Made by a program: the position numbers and the translations under genes
In this document: piece after piece, positions 37,966-49,898 of the stretch
Layout of the letters: every line of letters begins with the position of its first letter
How positions within the stretch are numbered: position 1 is the first letter of the stretch
Assembly (NCBI GenBank): GCA_965644295.1
Contig: CBFFRP010000380.1
Coordinates: forward strand, 124,001-188,000
Length of the DNA stretch: 64,000 nucleotides
DNA from: Paraphysomonas bandaiensis
Taxonomy: Eukaryota; Protista; Chrysophyceae
Direction: 5' to 3'
Notes under the pieces: generated by a model
Databases searched by the model: none
What the model was told of the DNA's origin: nothing
Seen by the model: the letters and a program-made list of their open reading frames with translations, nothing else

Positions 37966-39311
37966 AACAGGGTGATAAGTACTATACTCGCGATATATCG
38001 CGATTTCATGATGGGTAAAGTGGGTATACGTATACTACCACGTGCTTATGTCTATGCTATTTGCAACACCATCCTATCGCTCATACTTAATAACACACCT
38101 TTATATACTGCATTACCTTACTTGACTCATCTTACACAGGATAGTCGTTGATTTACACACAACGAGACCGCAATATTCCCATTTATGTTAGTTATCGCTG
38201 TTTCCCAATGAGTATTACTGTATGATCTGCTTCCTGTAAATTACTATTGATAATGACTAATATTTCATCCGTTAGTGGCCTTCTTTGCTGTATAGTTTTA
38301 TTCATATGCTCTTGTGTACATGTTCGTAGGGTCAAGGCTCTGAAACACCTTCTAACATTAGCAAAGGACTCTGGACCGCTGTCGATCTTTCACAAGGCAT
38401 CTGTTATTGGCATTAGACTACAATTACAAATTGGGATATTTTGTTTTATTCTAGCATTCTTTATTTTATTTAAGTGATAGTGTACTGGAGAATTAATAGT
38501 GCTATACTGCCTGATAAACCCTGTATATGTCATGTCGAGATTTGTTAGTATCAGGAGTGGTAGGGATAATAATATTACTCCATTTTCAGGACTACCAGTA
38601 ATGATATATGTTAACTTTCTAGGCGATATATATGCTACTTTCTCTGCATTATTAGATCATATTTCAGATGACATTTTAAAGTTACTATCACTCAATCACT
38701 CATAAGGTCAGTTCGGGCTCTTGTTATGTTGCATGTGAGATACAAGGGCATCCTGGCTGCCCTGTCTAACCAGTTAGCTAGTTATCACACTTACAACGGC
38801 TGAGCGATGTTATTATTTCTTGGCGATGTAAATAGTAGTGCAATAATAGATCTAGTTTTGACTTCCTAATAGAGCTAAATATAAGGGTCAGCGAATATTC
38901 CTAGATAGTTACGATAGCAATCATCAGTTCTAAAACTTTGGTATAAAAAGGAACAGTTGCAGTATTCTACTTTATTTGGAAGTTTCAACGTAGCCGACAT
39001 TACTGTTGTTAAACCTCTACGGTTACAACATAAAAGTTGCAATACTATTATATGATGACTTTTGTAGAAGGAAAGTGTAATTTTTGTATGTATATTCCAT
39101 CAATGATTTACTAATACTATCGAATATTGCCTTTGCTTGACTTCAAATTACGGACTTACATAGAAGTGTTACTGAGATGAAGAAATTCTTCTTTTGTTTT
39201 CAACATAAAATTCTTCAGGATAATTATTACCACAAAAGAATACGCTACAACTAATACTACATAAGACAAGAAACCACAAAGGTATTAGTCATTGTTATAT
39301 CATTGCTGCAT

Positions 39312-40162
39312 TTACTTCTTCTTGTTGCTCTCAGTAGTATCTCCTCTCATAATAGAGATATTGCCCCTGCCCCAGTGAACAATGAGAGTCTCTCTGATCA
39401 AGAAAAGCATGATAGAAATTTGAGCGATAGAAAAGAAGCACCAAATGGAAGCCTGCTCCATGAGGTTATCGGAAATCATGGCAGCGAGCACAGGGCCAAA
39501 GAAGAAAAGGAAGCACCCCTGAAGGACCATGCCCTTCTTTTCGTAGAGAGCGAAGAATGGAGCAAACATAAGGAAGCTATGGATACCAGCGCCCATCACA
39601 AAGTAAGAGGGATCGGCCATTGGGACAGACCAGCCAAGGTGAACCATGGTCTTGGTCTTAAAGGTGCAGAGAGTCTCACCACGGAGCCATTCAGTGGAAG
39701 CCATGCCTCCCTCACCAAGGTTCATGACGTTCAAATGGGGAACATAGGCAAGGAAATGTCTAATGAAAAGGAGGAAACCGCCGATAAGACATAAGCGCTT
39801 GATAACGACGTAACGATCACGGTACTTCTCGCTCTTGGTAAGAGAGGCATTGATGACGTGGCAAAAGTAAGGCTGAAGGCAGATATGCAAAAATCCTAGG
39901 AGAGTGAGGATGCGGTTGATAGGAGTATCACATGCTGGGTCATCCAGTCCAGTAGCAATAAAGATGTACTGGATAGCCTGCAGGAATTCCATTGTGAAGA
40001 AAAAGAAAATACCACTGGCGAGCTCAGTGTTGCTAGTTCTAGTATAAACCCACCTAAGACACATCTGTCAGACAAAAGTAAACCTATACTAAAAACTTAT
40101 TACCATGTAGCGAAAAGGCCAAGGGCTGCAAAGCCCGCAGACATCTCCCCAGTGAAACACAT
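39312..40162 (-). CDS. Multi-pass membrane protein of unknown function (DUF5765-like), 2 exons
   Basis: MCFTGEMSAGFAALGLFATW|WVYTRTSNTELASGIFFFFTMEFLQAIQY...CDTPINRILTLLGFLHICLQPYF...EQASIWCFFS. Family assignment is from recalled motif similarity. Confidence 0.75.
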
Positions 40163-40876
40163 TTTAAGTATCAACAGATGCTAAAATGTAAGTCTAACAA
40201 ATAATAATGAGTTAATCTAGGATTCGATTATAATACAGCACCAGTAAATTGCAAGCGTTTCTAGCCTTTCGTTTTCTTTTCAACACCACACACTAGTCTC
40301 ATCTATCGCTGTTGCAATATATGTTTATAATGGTGAGTACTTATGACGAGAGTCTACATATCTGACTGCGTCGACAAACTTCTAAACTTATAGCCAATCA
40401 AATGAAATTGTTTGGCTATAAATTCATAAACCAGTTGGTGGATTGTACGTGAGGGGGGATAGATTTGTCCATGGACAAAAAAACAAGCACATACTAGACA
40501 TCACGAGCAGCACTTTAGTTGTATGTTGAAGAGAATATCGTGTGTACAAAAAAAGATATCGTATGTGTACTATGTGTGTACCCCATACGTACATATCAGT
40601 ATTCAGAACATACATACATCAAACTCTATGGTACGGTATGGTATATATATGCATACATACTGTACAGATATGCATACATCCCTGTAGCTATCATTCGAGA
40701 CGTCTATCAATCTCTATATATGCAGTATGCAGCATATTATAAGACGGATACAATCTCAAGTTACTCGTCAGATACATTCTAATCATACTTCCTTTATTAA
40801 TAGAGTAAAGTTACTGTACATTATCACCCTGAACTACACATCCACAGCCACTGCCACTCAATCCATTCAATCCAAT

Positions 40877-42472
40877 ATGTCTTTCGGTCAATTTGCAGCA
40901 TCTACACAATTTTATTTATACGGGAAATCACACTGTACACAAACAGGATGGAAGAGTGCCAGTGATAAGTATCCTCAGCCTGATATCGTCCAAAGCGCAG
41001 ATCTTTCTCTTAACGATAAGGTATATATCATCACTGGTGCCAATTCAGGGATTGGTTTCGAGATATCATCATTTTTAGCTAAGAAAGGTGCGACACTCTA
41101 TTTAGTTTGCAGGAATGAAGAAAGAGCAAACGCAGCTAAGGAAAAAATAGTGTCCTCGTCTAATAACAACAATATTTTTGTCATTATATGTGACTGTTCA
41201 TTGCAGCGAGACGTTCGTCAGGCGTGGACCGAGTTTGAAGGCCATAGGAGCAGAAATGGCCTTCCATTGCAACTGGATGGTTTGTTGTGCAATGCGGGAG
41301 GGCTGTCCAATGAACTTACCCTGACTGCCGAGGGGCTGGAATCCACATTTGCAGCACACTTGTTGTTTGGAACCTACCTCCTAGTTAATCTCGCACTTCC
41401 TGTCCTTCTTGACACTCCTGGATCAAGAGTTGTGGTAGTTTCTAGCGGAGGCATGTACAATACTAAGTTTCCAGAATGGAATGTGGCAACTTCTCGAACA
41501 GGAAAGTACGATGGGCAGTTCGCTTATGCGTATGCCAAACGTGGACAGGTGCTGCTCTGCGAACGCTGGTCACGAACCATTCCAGGGGTTCGGTTTGTGA
41601 GTTGTCATCCGGGTTGGGTGGATACTCCAGGTGTTACTGCAGCATATGGGGACAAAAAAAAGTATCTGCAGCCCCTGCGCAACCTATGGGAAGGATCAGA
41701 GGGAATTATCTGGCTATTAATTGCCAATGTGGGAGAAATAGAGGGTGGCGGCTTTTATTTGGATCGGACCCCCCGTGTGAAGCACATATCTGGACCATTT
41801 TTCACAGAAGGCAGCTTCACCAAGAATTCTGAGCGTGAAGTAGACGGCATGATGGCAGGGCTTCGGGAATGGAGCACACTACCTACAGACCCATCTCCAA
41901 GTGATTTGGACCGCGGAGCTGCTGCCGCATCTGCCGGAAGTAGTGCTTGTGCTGAGTCAGAGGAGCCTCTTCGACCGATATCGAATGATCTAGATTTGCC
42001 AAGATTTATGGGTCGATGGTATGTGCAGGCCCACATTCCGACATTTTTCGACAAGGGCACAGTGAATAATACTGAAGACTACGTCTGGGATGAAGAGCGA
42101 CAGTTGGTACAAGTGTCTTTTCAGTACGCCGTTCCAGTGACTGATTCAACTGGAACACAACGAGCTGGTCCGATCAAGGAGATTAAGCAGCATGCGACCA
42201 TGCTTTCCAAAGCCTGCACAGAATGGTCTGTGGCTGTCAAATTCCTTGTATATTGGCCCATTGATGCTCGATCTCTGATCATAGGACTCGACGATGACTA
42301 CGAAACCTGCATGGTTGGCGTACCAGACCGCAGTGCTCTGTGGATAATGACGAGAAGCCGGAATGCTATGGACGAACAAGACCTCAGGAGATTTTCGGAG
42401 AAAGCAAGTAGTCAAGGATACGATGCAGGGAAGATCACTCGAGTACCCATACTGGATCCCCTGGACCCTTAA
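40877..42472 (+). CDS. DHRS12-like short-chain dehydrogenase/reductase fused to a C-terminal lipocalin (Blc/ApoD-like)
   Basis: TGANSGIG, LLCNAG, VVVVSSGGMY, catalytic YAYAK, HPGWVDTPGV; linker; lipocalin DLPRFMGRWYVQAHIP, DDDYETCMVGVPDRSALWIMTR. Probable start MSFGQF at 40877; single uninterrupted ORF. Confidence 0.9.
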   Translation: MSFGQFAASTQFYLYGKSHCTQTGWKSASDKYPQPDIVQSADLSLNDKVYIITGANSGIGFEISSFLAKKGATLYLVCRNEERANAAKEKIVSSSNNNNIFVIICDCSLQRDVRQAWTEFEGHRSRNGLPLQLDGLLCNAGGLSNELTLTAEGLESTFAAHLLFGTYLLVNLALPVLLDTPGSRVVVVSSGGMYNTKFPEWNVATSRTGKYDGQFAYAYAKRGQVLLCERWSRTIPGVRFVSCHPGWVDTPGVTAAYGDKKKYLQPLRNLWEGSEGIIWLLIANVGEIEGGGFYLDRTPRVKHISGPFFTEGSFTKNSEREVDGMMAGLREWSTLPTDPSPSDLDRGAAAASAGSSACAESEEPLRPISNDLDLPRFMGRWYVQAHIPTFFDKGTVNNTEDYVWDEERQLVQVSFQYAVPVTDSTGTQRAGPIKEIKQHATMLSKACTEWSVAVKFLVYWPIDARSLIIGLDDDYETCMVGVPDRSALWIMTRSRNAMDEQDLRRFSEKASSQGYDAGKITRVPILDPLDP

Positions 42473-43111
42473 GGTAGTGATTACTTTTCAAGTGTTTTTA
42501 GCCAGTTATTCATGACAATTTTGGTAGAAGCGTTTGTTTCACAACTTGAGGCTTTCTTATTTCTTATACATGTTAATATGTTAATAATAAAATGAGTTTC
42601 GAATGAATGTGCTTTACTATTTATTTTGTCCAGTTAATCATCGCACTTCGCCACAAGGCACTATTCCCAACAATATACAGAACGCTACTAAGTCATCAAT
42701 CAGACAATGGTTGAGGCGGTAAATCAATATCCCGCACTGGCTACTAATGCGAATAGTACAAGTAAGTTACAATCTTCGAGTCATATATATACCTATCGAG
42801 TTAATAAACAATCCAAATTGATTAATACTACCCACGTTTTCCAGTGAAATCAATCAACCACACAGTACTATGCAATTTGCTTCTTGCATGTCACTGTCAT
42901 CGTACAATGAAAGAAATATTTGGCGTAAGGGTTGAAAATTTTGATTCTTATAGGTCTTTAATATACATAATCAATAAAAGGGCTAGCTTACCCACTGCAC
43001 TCTATGCGTATCCTACTGAGCCCTCAACAGTCTACACACGTAGCAATAGTGCTATCACACGCACATATTCCCCTGACAGGAGCATAAAGTGCCAATTAGC
43101 GAGTGTCAGAA

Positions 43112-43813
43112 TTACACATATGGATCCGTATCCTCCTCAACAATGCGCTTAAATGCCTTTCTCATACTGACAACAAACTGTGATATGTTGTTGTCGGAGT
43201 TTAGCTTCTTTACATAACTGTCACACATCACCGAGTCTAGCCTCGGATTGGAGTCTACCAATCTGTACTCGTCATTGCTATCCACTAGCAATAGGAAATA
43301 AAACATCCTAGAAGGGTCTGCACGATCAATTTGGGTGAAGGAAAATTTCATGCAGTCGTTCTCAGCCTTCTCGAATTCCAACCCAAGAAACCTGTACAGA
43401 CGAAATCCCCGAGTCAGATCATTCATACTCTTTTGTCGCAGTCTCTGAGCTTCTTTCTCTTCTGTCTCTAATTCCTGCAATCGAGCAACTATATTAATTT
43501 TTTCTTGCTCTAATTTACTTAAACGAATTTCATGTGATGATATTTTCTGTTGACATGCAGCAATTTCTTCCTCAAATCGTAGTATTTCAGACTTCTGTGC
43601 ATCCTTTTTTTGTAACTCTTGACTTCGTAAATGTTCCAAATTTCTTTCATTTTCTTTTAATGCAGCAATAGTACATTCACATTCTTCAATACTTTGTGTA
43701 AATGCAGCATCTTTTGATTCTATATTATCAATCTGATGATCAGCCCATCGATTAAACTCTTGAGCTGATTTACTGACTTCGAGTAATAGATTCGCACTCA
43801 GTGATTCTGTCAT
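43112..43813 (-). CDS. SPC25: Kinetochore Ndc80 complex subunit Spc25
   Basis: N-terminal coiled coil, then RWD-type head FLGLEFEK...MKFSFTQIDRADPSRMFYF...FVVSMRKAFK. Confidence 0.88.
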   Translation of the reverse strand: MTESLSANLLLEVSKSAQEFNRWADHQIDNIESKDAAFTQSIEECECTIAALKENERNLEHLRSQELQKKDAQKSEILRFEEEIAACQQKISSHEIRLSKLEQEKINIVARLQELETEEKEAQRLRQKSMNDLTRGFRLYRFLGLEFEKAENDCMKFSFTQIDRADPSRMFYFLLLVDSNDEYRLVDSNPRLDSVMCDSYVKKLNSDNNISQFVVSMRKAFKRIVEEDTDPYV

Positions 43814-44391
43814 AGTTATATATAACAGATTTTAATGGAAATGAATCGTGATGCGTATATTTGTTGTATATAGTAGTGTATGGAGTGTGTTTATCTTAAG
43901 TGCTTATCTGATGCGTTGTTTCCATAACTAACAGCTGGAAAGTCTTTTCAAAATTGAATGAACTACTGTGTATACTGCACTTCATATGAAGTACTGTGTA
44001 GCTATAGTATATACTGTGGCTGTACATGACCACCTATACATATATATACTTGTACGTACGTCTAGACGTGTATGACAGTGCCATATCACCAACGTCTCTG
44101 TCAGGAAATACCGTCTGTATATGAGGAATACGGACCCTATGTACCGTTACAGTAGTTGTATGTGTGTATGTATGTACGGTGGTACGTATATGTCTATATG
44201 GTGTGTAAGTGTACAGAGTGTACAGCAGTATGGATGCGGGATGATAGTATAGAAAACACACACACAGATAGAGTAACCTCCCACCCACCTCTTAACATCA
44301 TAGTGAGGAAACCACACTAACAATATCACCCACAAGAGAGATGCAAAACATCTTATAAATACATCCTTATACACTCAATGTCAACATAATC

Positions 44392-46310
44392 ATGATATCT
44401 GGAGTGAGACTTTGCATATGCATCATTGCAATACACAGTTACGTTGTGGCTCAATATACTGAAGATTCAGCAAAGTATAAAGAAGTCATAGAAGATGCTA
44501 TTAAAGATCTAGAAGCAGTTATTGAAAGTCATGAAGATGTTGAATTACTCATTCATCCTGAAAGGGCTCTCATATACACAGATACGTATGTTTATGATGA
44601 GCCAGAGACTGAAGATTATAGAATAGGGATACTGATTGATCCGGTAAAGTTTATATTGAATGACTTATCTTTATTCATTTCTCTATAGTGTCGTACTTTG
44701 GCATATAATTGTTGTCTGAATGTATTCGGCTCTCCGGAATATATGTCTCTGAAAGACAGGAAGCTGGAACCGGAGCGTGTTGTCGTCAAGACTGTGCTTG
44801 CCCAAGAAGATGAAATTTCTGAGAATTATATACTTGTACAAGAAGATAGTCAAACTATCATTGATGACTACAGACGCAAAGCTGATGATGAGTCGTATTT
44901 AGATGATGATTGTTTAGCATATGGTATGTCTGTGACGTGGTTGCTTAGTGTATTCAATGCTGCGCTGTAAATGATCACTATACTGACTGTCAATGGATAA
45001 GGATTACTTGACACGCAATCTGTATACAGGTGTGCCACATACGTACTGTCTTGGTAAACGGTATGCTCAGAAAAAGTCGTCCTACATTCCTGCCTGCGTG
45101 GATAACAACTCCTCTTTGAACACACTTGAGGGTTGCTATGACAAGGACGGAAATTACGATGAGTATTGCATGCAAGTTGGGTACACTCAGAATGCATTCA
45201 TCGGCCTTTGTGGGTCGGAGTATGCTGATGACGATCACTGCGGTACATTTTTAGAAATACACATTGGGGGTGGTACTCCCTACAATGAACAGGAGGAGAT
45301 AATAGCAGATGTAAAGCTGGAAACGCGGGATGTGTCTGGGTATTATACTACCACGCTTCCACTGACATGGATGGGTGATCCCAATAGGGTACTTTGCGCG
45401 TACACGGAGTCCTTTGTGCGAGTAGGATCTACTGTGTTCATTAATTTTGAGGCACCCAAGTGTTGTTGTCCACCCCCTTACGCTTCCGCTACTCGCACAG
45501 GATCGTTCATGTGTCCGGTGGGAAGTAGCACGTACGGTCCATTTGCGAAGCACTTGAATAAAACGAAAGACTTCCTTCAAAATGATATTGATTCTTCGGA
45601 CTACCCATTTTGTCGTAGTGGGTTGGATCAAGGAGACAAGTACGATTTGATTATTCACTCGTGTTTAAACGTGAGCCGTGTGACTCTTATTTGCAGGGTG
45701 ATGTGTGCAGTACAGGACCCTTGGAGCAAGCGATATTATACGAGAGAGTGTGAACCAGTTATAAATGTAACAGAGACGGAGTATACTTCAGCCGATCTGA
45801 ACGGTACATACCCTGACGTCTGCCCCTACTTTCATAATTGTGGGCTTGCGAAAACAATCGATGGCGTGCCAAAGCAATGCGAAAATGATGACTTAGTGTG
45901 AGTGTACAACTGATTTCTTCTAAAATACATCTGTACGTAGTTGAATGTGCTGTAATTTGTGTAGATTCAGTTTTGTTGGTCGGGTAGGCCGGGTGGTCGC
46001 TTATGACCCGACACCTATCACTCCAGTTGTCACTGTCACTTTTAACGATGGCCGCACTGCATACGATATTGAAGAGGATGATCTGAATCTGGAGTACACG
46101 AAGAGCATGTACGAGATATGGTGGGTGCAACGTACTCGGTCAGAGTTTGTAGTCGAAAAGCGAAAGGGGTTTAATGTCACGGAGCCGATATGTACGTTTG
46201 ACACAGTCAATGACAGGTGAGTACCTTCATCAACTTTTCCGTGTTCCGATATCATTTTGGCTAGGTACTTCCCGTGGGCGGTACTCGAAGACGGCGTTCC
46301 TCAAGATTAA
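44392..46310 (+). CDS. Secreted cysteine-rich protein of unknown function, multi-exon
   Basis: Signal peptide MISGVRLCICIIAIHSYVVA; exons 44392-44643, ~44690-44922, ~45000-45638, ~45697-45896, ~45965-46216, 46265-46310 (...YFPWAVLEDGVPQD*); many Cys. Confidence 0.75.
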
Positions 46311-46467
46311 TCTTTGTTTATACTTTGAATTACAATTTCACAATAATATAATTTATCTAGAAATATTTAGCGTTGTGAGTAGTTGGCACAGTTATTCTAT
46401 TTCTTCCTTTTAAAATATATGAAATGTCTCCGCATGTGTATAGTCGTATATAGTCAACTATAAGAAC

Positions 46468-48218
46468 TATTAGCAATAGGGGTGTAAGAGTCAGAACTAA
46501 TGTAACGAAACAATTTAACTAACTAGTGTTTAACTATGATATCCTTCTATTAACGCTACGAAAGCTGCTTGTACGTCACCATAATCTATTAAATTGGGCT
46601 AGTAGTAGTGTAGTATTTACTTTACTGAATTATGTTAAGAGAAATATATGTTATGTTACTGAATTATGATGTTGTAGCACTGCGATTTAGAAACCACGTC
46701 AAACACCAACATCAACATTCTGTTCTACAAATCGTATCTTTAACAGCTACTATATTTTCAAATTCTTTGTATACTTGTAATAAAGTCGAGGTAATACGGT
46801 AATACCAAAACCTGGTTTTTGATGTAAAACCTGGTGAAATTTTTGATGATGGTTGGAAAAGGGTATAACTATGCACAATAAGTAACATTGAAGATAATAA
46901 CAGTATGAAAAGTATTATTTATAATATTTTTTACTAATTTCTTCCATATTACTTCAGTTTTACAGCAATAAAAGTCACCGACTACACATATATATTACAT
47001 ACAGTTCACAAGTATGAACTATAATAGCAGGGCCAACTTGTAACGCAATAAATACTGCTAATAACAACTATACTTGCGACGTTTTCTTTATCTTTAACCT
47101 CTCAGATACAAATTACAGTAAAATAATAACTCAATACTTATATATGAAACCTGGTGAAATTGCTTTACCAGGTTTTGGTATTACCTCGACTACTTATAGC
47201 TACTCCTATAGTATAGTCATGTATATTGTTTTCATTGCTACATAGAATACAGGATAGCTACTAGGGATCTAGCGATAGGCTCCACCAAGCTTCAAGTACG
47301 CACATAGGAGTTGGCTGTAGTTCAATACAAGCTCCAAGGTACAGCCACATATGCTCTCTGTTCTTAAGGTGAACAAGCCGGATGCATGACTTTAGCAGAC
47401 AGCCCAATACCTGTTTATTTGTCAATGCCCAAAGGCGCCTACACAAGTGACACTTATATTAGTGTCCCTTGTACCACACAAGCATTAGGCTGTGAGTGGG
47501 CAGAACAATATCTGCTGACTATATATGCGGTTCACGTTAATTTCCCGAAGAAATCACTCGGGTACTTATTCCCCAGAACACCACGGGAAAGTGCGAGTCT
47601 TCTGTTTTAGTGTTAAGACTACTATGGTATTAATAGGATGGTGTAACCGTGCAACCTAAATAACTGAACACTAAACTCATTCAGTAGTCGTTAAATTAGG
47701 AATTGCGTAAAACATTTCTCATCATTCAATCATTCAATGTCTGTTACTAAATACATATCATCATACTTCCTCAACATAGTCGGACTCGAACTTTCCTGTG
47801 GTGTTCTGGGGAATAAGTACCCGAGTGATTTCTCCGGGAAATTAACGTGAACTGCATATATAGTCAGCAGATATTGTTCTGCCCACTCACAGCCTAATGC
47901 TTGTGTGGTACAAGGGACACTAATATAAGTGTTACTTGTGCAGGCATCTTTGCGCCTTGACGAATAACCACGCATTCAGGAATGGGCCCACCTCAAGGGC
48001 ATATGGGGTATTGGGCTGCCAGACTAATATAAGTGTTACTTGGGCTGTTCACCATTCTGCTTGTTCGTTGCGTTTGCTTTGAGTGATAGAACAAAACTGG
48101 CTGCACCTTGGTGCAAGCAGTTTCTGTAACGATAAATAGTAGGATATCAGAGTTAAACACTGGCTAGTTAAATTGTTTTGCTACATTAGTTCTGACTCTT
48201 ACCCGCTTATTGCTAATA
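46468..48218. mobile_element. Non-autonomous foldback/long inverted-repeat element; left arm interrupted by an insertion
   Basis: 46468-46575 pairs with 48110-48218 (TATTAGCAATA..GTAAGAGTCAGAACTAATGTA). ~47335-47600 pairs with 47783-48110, with a near-identical core 47436-47600 vs 47783-47946. No transposase ORF seen. Confidence 0.75.
46784..47191. mobile_element. MITE of ~410 bp with ~25 bp TIRs and subterminal AAACCTGGT repeats (hAT-like)
   Basis: Left AGTCGAGGTAATAC(GGTAATAC)CAAAACCTGGT; right ACCAGGTTTTGGTATTACCTCGACT; AT-rich non-coding interior. No clean TSD found. Confidence 0.75.
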
Positions 48219-48511
48219 ACCAGACATTCACTACTAGCTATTGTGTCACAACTCTGTTGATAACAGTTATGTAATAGTTCTTTCTATCTGGTCCCCAAGA
48301 TCTGGACTTATCTAGGAAGCTCACTAATCAACACTCTATTTGTCGTCCCTACTATATATGTACTATAGCAATCACGTGTGGTGTTTACTCAAACATGACA
48401 CTGATAATTCATTTCGAGCTATAAAGGTGAACAATAAAATACCAATATCTATTATTTTATCTAATACTAATTATCGAATCATGCGCCACAAGAACAAAAT
48501 ATATTACCAAT

Positions 48512-49348
48512 CTATACATCAACTACAGGTTGAGAATCATCGGAACAGTCACTATCTGTACTCATTGCATCATCATCACGATCATCAACATCATCCTGTG
48601 TACAAGAAGTATAGTTTCGATGCGCTGGGTGAATCACATTCCTGACAATATCTGCCCACGAGTAAACACTTCGACAAACACTGCACGTGCCTGTGGAGGG
48701 TATGATGAGGTCACTACTGCATGATCTGGCGGTACATACTAGATGTGACATTGTGTGGCAACTACAACATCGCCATACGCTTCCTTCATGCTTGTCACAC
48801 ATTGAGCATGAAATATCACAGTCTGTAGAACCAATGTGATCAGAATTCTGTTCGATATTTACAACGGACGTCAAGGAAGCTTTAAGTAGATGATTACTCC
48901 TTTTCTGCATCACCCAATCATATGAAACAGAGTCTATAAAATTCACTGTCAAGTCCAATTGTTTCCATAGATTGTTATCCAGCATGGACAAGAGTATATC
49001 TATCTTCCCCTTCCATCCTCTTGTCTTCCAACTTTTCATGCTATGATTTCGTATAATTCTACTATCATATGGATGTTGAAATTGCCATTCAAATTGTAAT
49101 GCAGTTATTTTATTAGGAAATCCTGATATAATAAGGATATAAGCCCATGGTCGGTGCCGTGCTGTACGTCGAGCTCCACCTGCCTTTAAATCACCATTGT
49201 GTTGTCTGATTCGACGTGATGGATGAGTTGTAAATCCTATATATGTACGAGAAGAATTAAGAGATTCTTCTGATTTTAATAGATAACAGTAATATGGCAT
49301 GAGTTCATCGAACTTAAGAGTGGAACAGTGATGTACAGCTCTCTCCAT
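48512..49348 (-). CDS. SLX1: Structure-specific endonuclease subunit SLX1 (GIY-YIG + C-terminal RING/PHD-like zinc finger)
   Basis: YCYLLKS...TYIGFTTHPSRRIRQHNG..GGARRT..RPW...GFPNKITALQFEW; CSMC..CCSCHTMSHLVC..CSVC. Probable start MERAVHH. Confidence 0.92.
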   Translation of the reverse strand: MERAVHHCSTLKFDELMPYYCYLLKSEESLNSSRTYIGFTTHPSRRIRQHNGDLKAGGARRTARHRPWAYILIISGFPNKITALQFEWQFQHPYDSRIIRNHSMKSWKTRGWKGKIDILLSMLDNNLWKQLDLTVNFIDSVSYDWVMQKRSNHLLKASLTSVVNIEQNSDHIGSTDCDISCSMCDKHEGSVWRCCSCHTMSHLVCTARSCSSDLIIPSTGTCSVCRSVYSWADIVRNVIHPAHRNYTSCTQDDVDDRDDDAMSTDSDCSDDSQPVVDV

Positions 49349-49898
49349 ATGCTGCTGTCTGTACATGTATACATATACTGTGTACATATATATACATACA
49401 CATATACAGCAGTACAGTAGCCTGTAGCCTGTATATATGATACAGCCGTCCATCTAACGACTATAAAATGCCATAGTTTACTATCCCACAGGATTTTTAT
49501 CATCTTCTACCGTCTAAAAACCCTGTTTTTTTTTGAAGTTTGTGATATTTCCAAACACAAAACAGGATATTTTCTACCATAAAACCCTCCTACTGTTGTG
49601 TATATCTTAACGCTATGATGATATACAGAGGTGTCCATAACTTAACACTCATAGCTAACTATATCACCCTAACTCTAACCATACACTCTATATTGCTCAT
49701 GTCATTTTGCTGAAAGGTGTCGCACTATTGACCTGCTCTTGTCGTCATCTTTCAGCACAATGCTGTCGATTAGATATATATATATGTATATATCCACCCC
49801 TCCATACAAACATACATACACACACACATATATATACATATATACATATATAGACATATATAGAGATAGTAATCACATTGAACACATACTTACTATCA

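Noticed and set aside
36900-39290. AT-rich 2.4 kb stretch with short ORFs, possibly a decayed element or gene
   Set aside because: No identifiable domain or terminal structure beyond the dispersed repeat copy at 37852-37965.
39303-39794. 163-aa plus-strand ORF with an apparent signal peptide
   Set aside because: Antisense shadow of the codon-biased minus-strand membrane protein gene.
40727-40876. N-terminal extension of the SDR-lipocalin ORF from the upstream ATG
   Set aside because: Low-complexity UTR-like sequence; family similarity begins near MSFGQF at 40877. A targeting peptide cannot be fully excluded.
47386-47975. Two near-identical small ORFs on opposite strands (TYISVPCTTQALGCEWAEQYLL...)
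   Set aside because: A by-product of the inverted repeat; the termini differ and there is no recognisable domain.
48512-49348. GIY-YIG nuclease next to the foldback element as its mobilising enzyme, or as a partner of the NUMOD1 protein
   Set aside because: The motifs and C-terminal zinc finger identify ordinary SLX1; it lies outside the inverted repeats and nothing links it to either.
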